A stretch of DNA of 64,000 nt from Sarea resinae. Lineage: Eukaryota. The notes under the pieces were generated by a model. The model was given only the letters and a program-made list of their open reading frames with translations. It had not been told where the DNA came from and did no database searches. Positions 62,012 to 64,000 of this stretch are shown here, one piece after another (position 1 is the stretch's first letter; every line of letters begins with the position of its first letter). The stretch spans positions 124,001-188,000 of the forward strand of contig JAPEUD010000021.1 in the NCBI GenBank assembly GCA_026026165.1, given 5' to 3'. Position numbers and translations under genes: made by a program.

Positions 62012-64000
62012 ATGTGGGGTCTTCTCACTGGCAAGTCGAGCTCGAAGGCCGATGACCGTTCGTCCAAGCCTCCCCGTCGCAAAGCTAGCAGTGTCTCTTC
62101 CACTCGCCGACGCTCGGAATCGATAGTCTCGTCGAATGCGACCCGTAAGCCGCCACGGGGTGACGACCGTGCCGGCTACGTGCCTTCGTCAACATCTTTC
62201 GCATCCAGCTCCCGTTCGGCTTACCCAAGTACCGCTGCTGCTTCTGTGGCTTCATCATATGCAACAGCTACCAGCAAGAGGCCCGATGAGACGATCTCAA
62301 CCCCGGGGTTGGTGAGAAACGCAAGCATGGCGGAGAGGATACCTCAGGCGAGAGATGAACGAGATGCACGATACGGCGACACAAGAGGAACGGAAAGGCG
62401 CAGGGATCGGTCAACGAGCCCCGAGTGGCGAGATGATCGTACAGAGCGCCCACGGAGTCGAGATAGAAGCGATTCGACGAAGGAGAAGAAGGAGAAGCGG
62501 GACAAAGTGGAAAAGGCGTCATCCAAAGGCCCGAGCTTGAGCAGGTCCAATAGCTATCAACTCGATCATGGAACCAGCAGAGCTGTGCCGTATTCGGCAG
62601 ATCCGGAAGCTCGATTCTCTACGCAAGTAGGCAGCTCAGGCTTCACGCAGTTTCCGGGACAGTCCGGTGCGCCGGCCCAAAGCTATCAGCCTCCCACCCC
62701 AGCAGCTCAGTTCTCGTCGCACGTCCCGGACCAGTTTCCTGGCCAAGATCCTGGTAACTACGCGTCTCCCTATCGCCCGCCCATTAGCGTTAGTGAAGGA
62801 GGTCCCGGTCTGGCCGCGGAGTACTATGGGGACCAAGGACAGTCGGTCGCCAGCCAGCCGGGCTACTCTCCACAAGCCTCTGCAGGTGTTGGGAAGCCTC
62901 AATATCCATTTCCTAACGTCTCCAGCGCGAGCCAACAATTTCCTCTGCCAACGGGCGGGATTCAAGCGGTTCCAGGCAATCTGTACGGCGCAGTCGGCTC
63001 CAGCTACAAACCTTCATCAGCAAGTGATCCTGTTCAACCAAGCAAGCCGTCAAAGCCCGCGAAGACGAGCAAGCCGGGCAAGCCAAGCAAAACAAGCAAG
63101 CCAGGCAAGGCGTCGAATGCTAATGCCGTGCTGGGTAGCGCTGCACTCGCAAGTTCCGCAGCAGCAGCCTTTGCGTCAAGCAAACCACAAGCAACACGGC
63201 CCAGTAATTTGAGCAATAATTCGTCGGTCTATCCGGTTGGCCCCAAACCCACAAATGGAAATTACGGTCCGCCTTCGCAGCCAATACGGCCTAATGGCTT
63301 GAGCAATGGCCCATCCGTCTACCCAAACGGACCAAATCCCCCAACTGAAAGCTACCTTCCTTCCTCTGCGATACCTTCAACGTCAGGTGGCCAGTATCAC
63401 TCTATGTCTGTGCCTGTGGTTCCAACGTTAGGGGCAGCGGCTGCTGGCGCGGCGGCTGGTTACCTGGTCGGGAATCATGCATCTCACGAAAGCAGTCAGA
63501 GCTATTCTGAAATGGCGTCCTCTCAATTTCTGCCGACTGCCTCAGCACGGCCACCTCAGAGTTCCGGGGCTGCGTACATATCTGCTACCTCCTCCAATAG
63601 GCCTCCGATTCAAGGTAAGCAACCATCTTCCCATACTAACACGCCTCTTTATGCGGCAGGAGTAGCCGGAGCAGCCGGAGCAGCGGGGTTAGCAGCCGCG
63701 GTGCACAACCAGAACCATCATCCTTCTCATCACTATTCTGCTTCTCCGTACGCTTCAGGGGCCACAATGATGCAACATCGTCAACGTGGTCCTCTTGACA
63801 GATTTATCGACTTTTGGAGGGACAATGAGGGTGTCGCACAATTCGAGGAGTACACTCAGTATATTGGAGTCTGCAAGTACTGCTTTCCACCTGGTAGCAC
63901 ACCTCGTGAGGCGCCACGAAAACATCATTATCGACGACGCGGTTCGAACGAGCGATATGGCAGCAGTACCCGAGTCGACAAGGAGAGCAGGTACTGGTCA
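62012..64000 (+). CDS. 5' part of a large low-complexity protein, probably the Woronin-body tether leashin (Lah); runs off the window
   Basis: Frame from MWGLLTGKSS appears open to the window end (663 codons; start and end segments are in the same frame). RKPPRGDDR, ASVASSYATA, FTQFPGQ, GLAAEYY and GPLDRFIDFWRD..FEEYTQYIGVCKYCF resemble the Lah N-terminus as I recall it. Confidence 0.6.
   Translation, partial: MWGLLTGKSSSKADDRSSKPPRRKASSVSSTRRRSESIVSSNATRKPPRGDDRAGYVPSSTSFASSSRSAYPSTAAASVASSYATATSKRPDETISTPGLVRNASMAERIPQARDERDARYGDTRGTERRRDRSTSPEWRDDRTERPRSRDRSDSTKEKKEKRDKVEKASSKGPSLSRSNSYQLDHGTSRAVPYSADPEARFSTQVGSSGFTQFPGQSGAPAQSYQPPTPAAQFSSHVPDQFPGQDPGNYASPYRPPISVSEGGPGLAAEYYGDQGQSVASQPGYSPQASAGVGKPQYPFPNVSSASQQFPLPTGGIQAVPGNLYGAVGSSYKPSSASDPVQPSKPSKPAKTSKPGKPSKTSKPGKASNANAVLGSAALASSAAAAFASSKPQATRPSNLSNNSSVYPVGPKPTNGNYGPPSQPIRPNGLSNGPSVYPNGPNPPTESYLPSSAIPSTSGGQYHSMSVPVVPTLGAAAAGAAAGYLVGNHASHESSQSYSEMASSQFLPTASARPPQSSGAAYISATSSNRPPIQGKQPSSHTNTPLYAAGVAGAAGAAGLAAAVHNQNHHPSHHYSASPYASGATMMQHRQRGPLDRFIDFWRDNEGVAQFEEYTQYIGVCKYCFPPGSTPREAPRKHHYRRRGSNERYGSSTRVDKESRYWS

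Overview
Gene-dense genomic DNA of a filamentous ascomycete (Pezizomycotina), judged from short GT-AG introns with CTRAC branch sites and the gene content. About 20 intron-containing genes can be reconstructed: ISC1, SWD3/WDR5, a Crh-type GH16 transglycosylase, a GH20 hexosaminidase, NAB2, HEM14, PYM, QCR9, UBR1, a RED-like protein, a CorA/ALR1 Mg transporter, a HAK/KUP K transporter, a disrupted DUF6697-like gene, REV1, a vacuolar membrane protein, SF3B6, JHD1/KDM2, TAD2, RQC2 and the 5' part of a probable leashin. I saw no tRNA, rRNA, CRISPR or intact transposon. The strongest observation is in the Crh gene. Two tandem 5' splice donors 4 nt apart open two overlapping reading frames of the last exon, and each frame ends in its own GPI-anchor-like signal. 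Other points: a RIP-like AT-rich microsatellite island, GC-rich gene ends facing microsatellite-rich spacers, a dispersed TACT-n-AGTA palindrome family, two GC-AG introns, and paired Gal4-like half zinc motifs in JHD1. All family calls come from motif recognition by eye, not from database searches.
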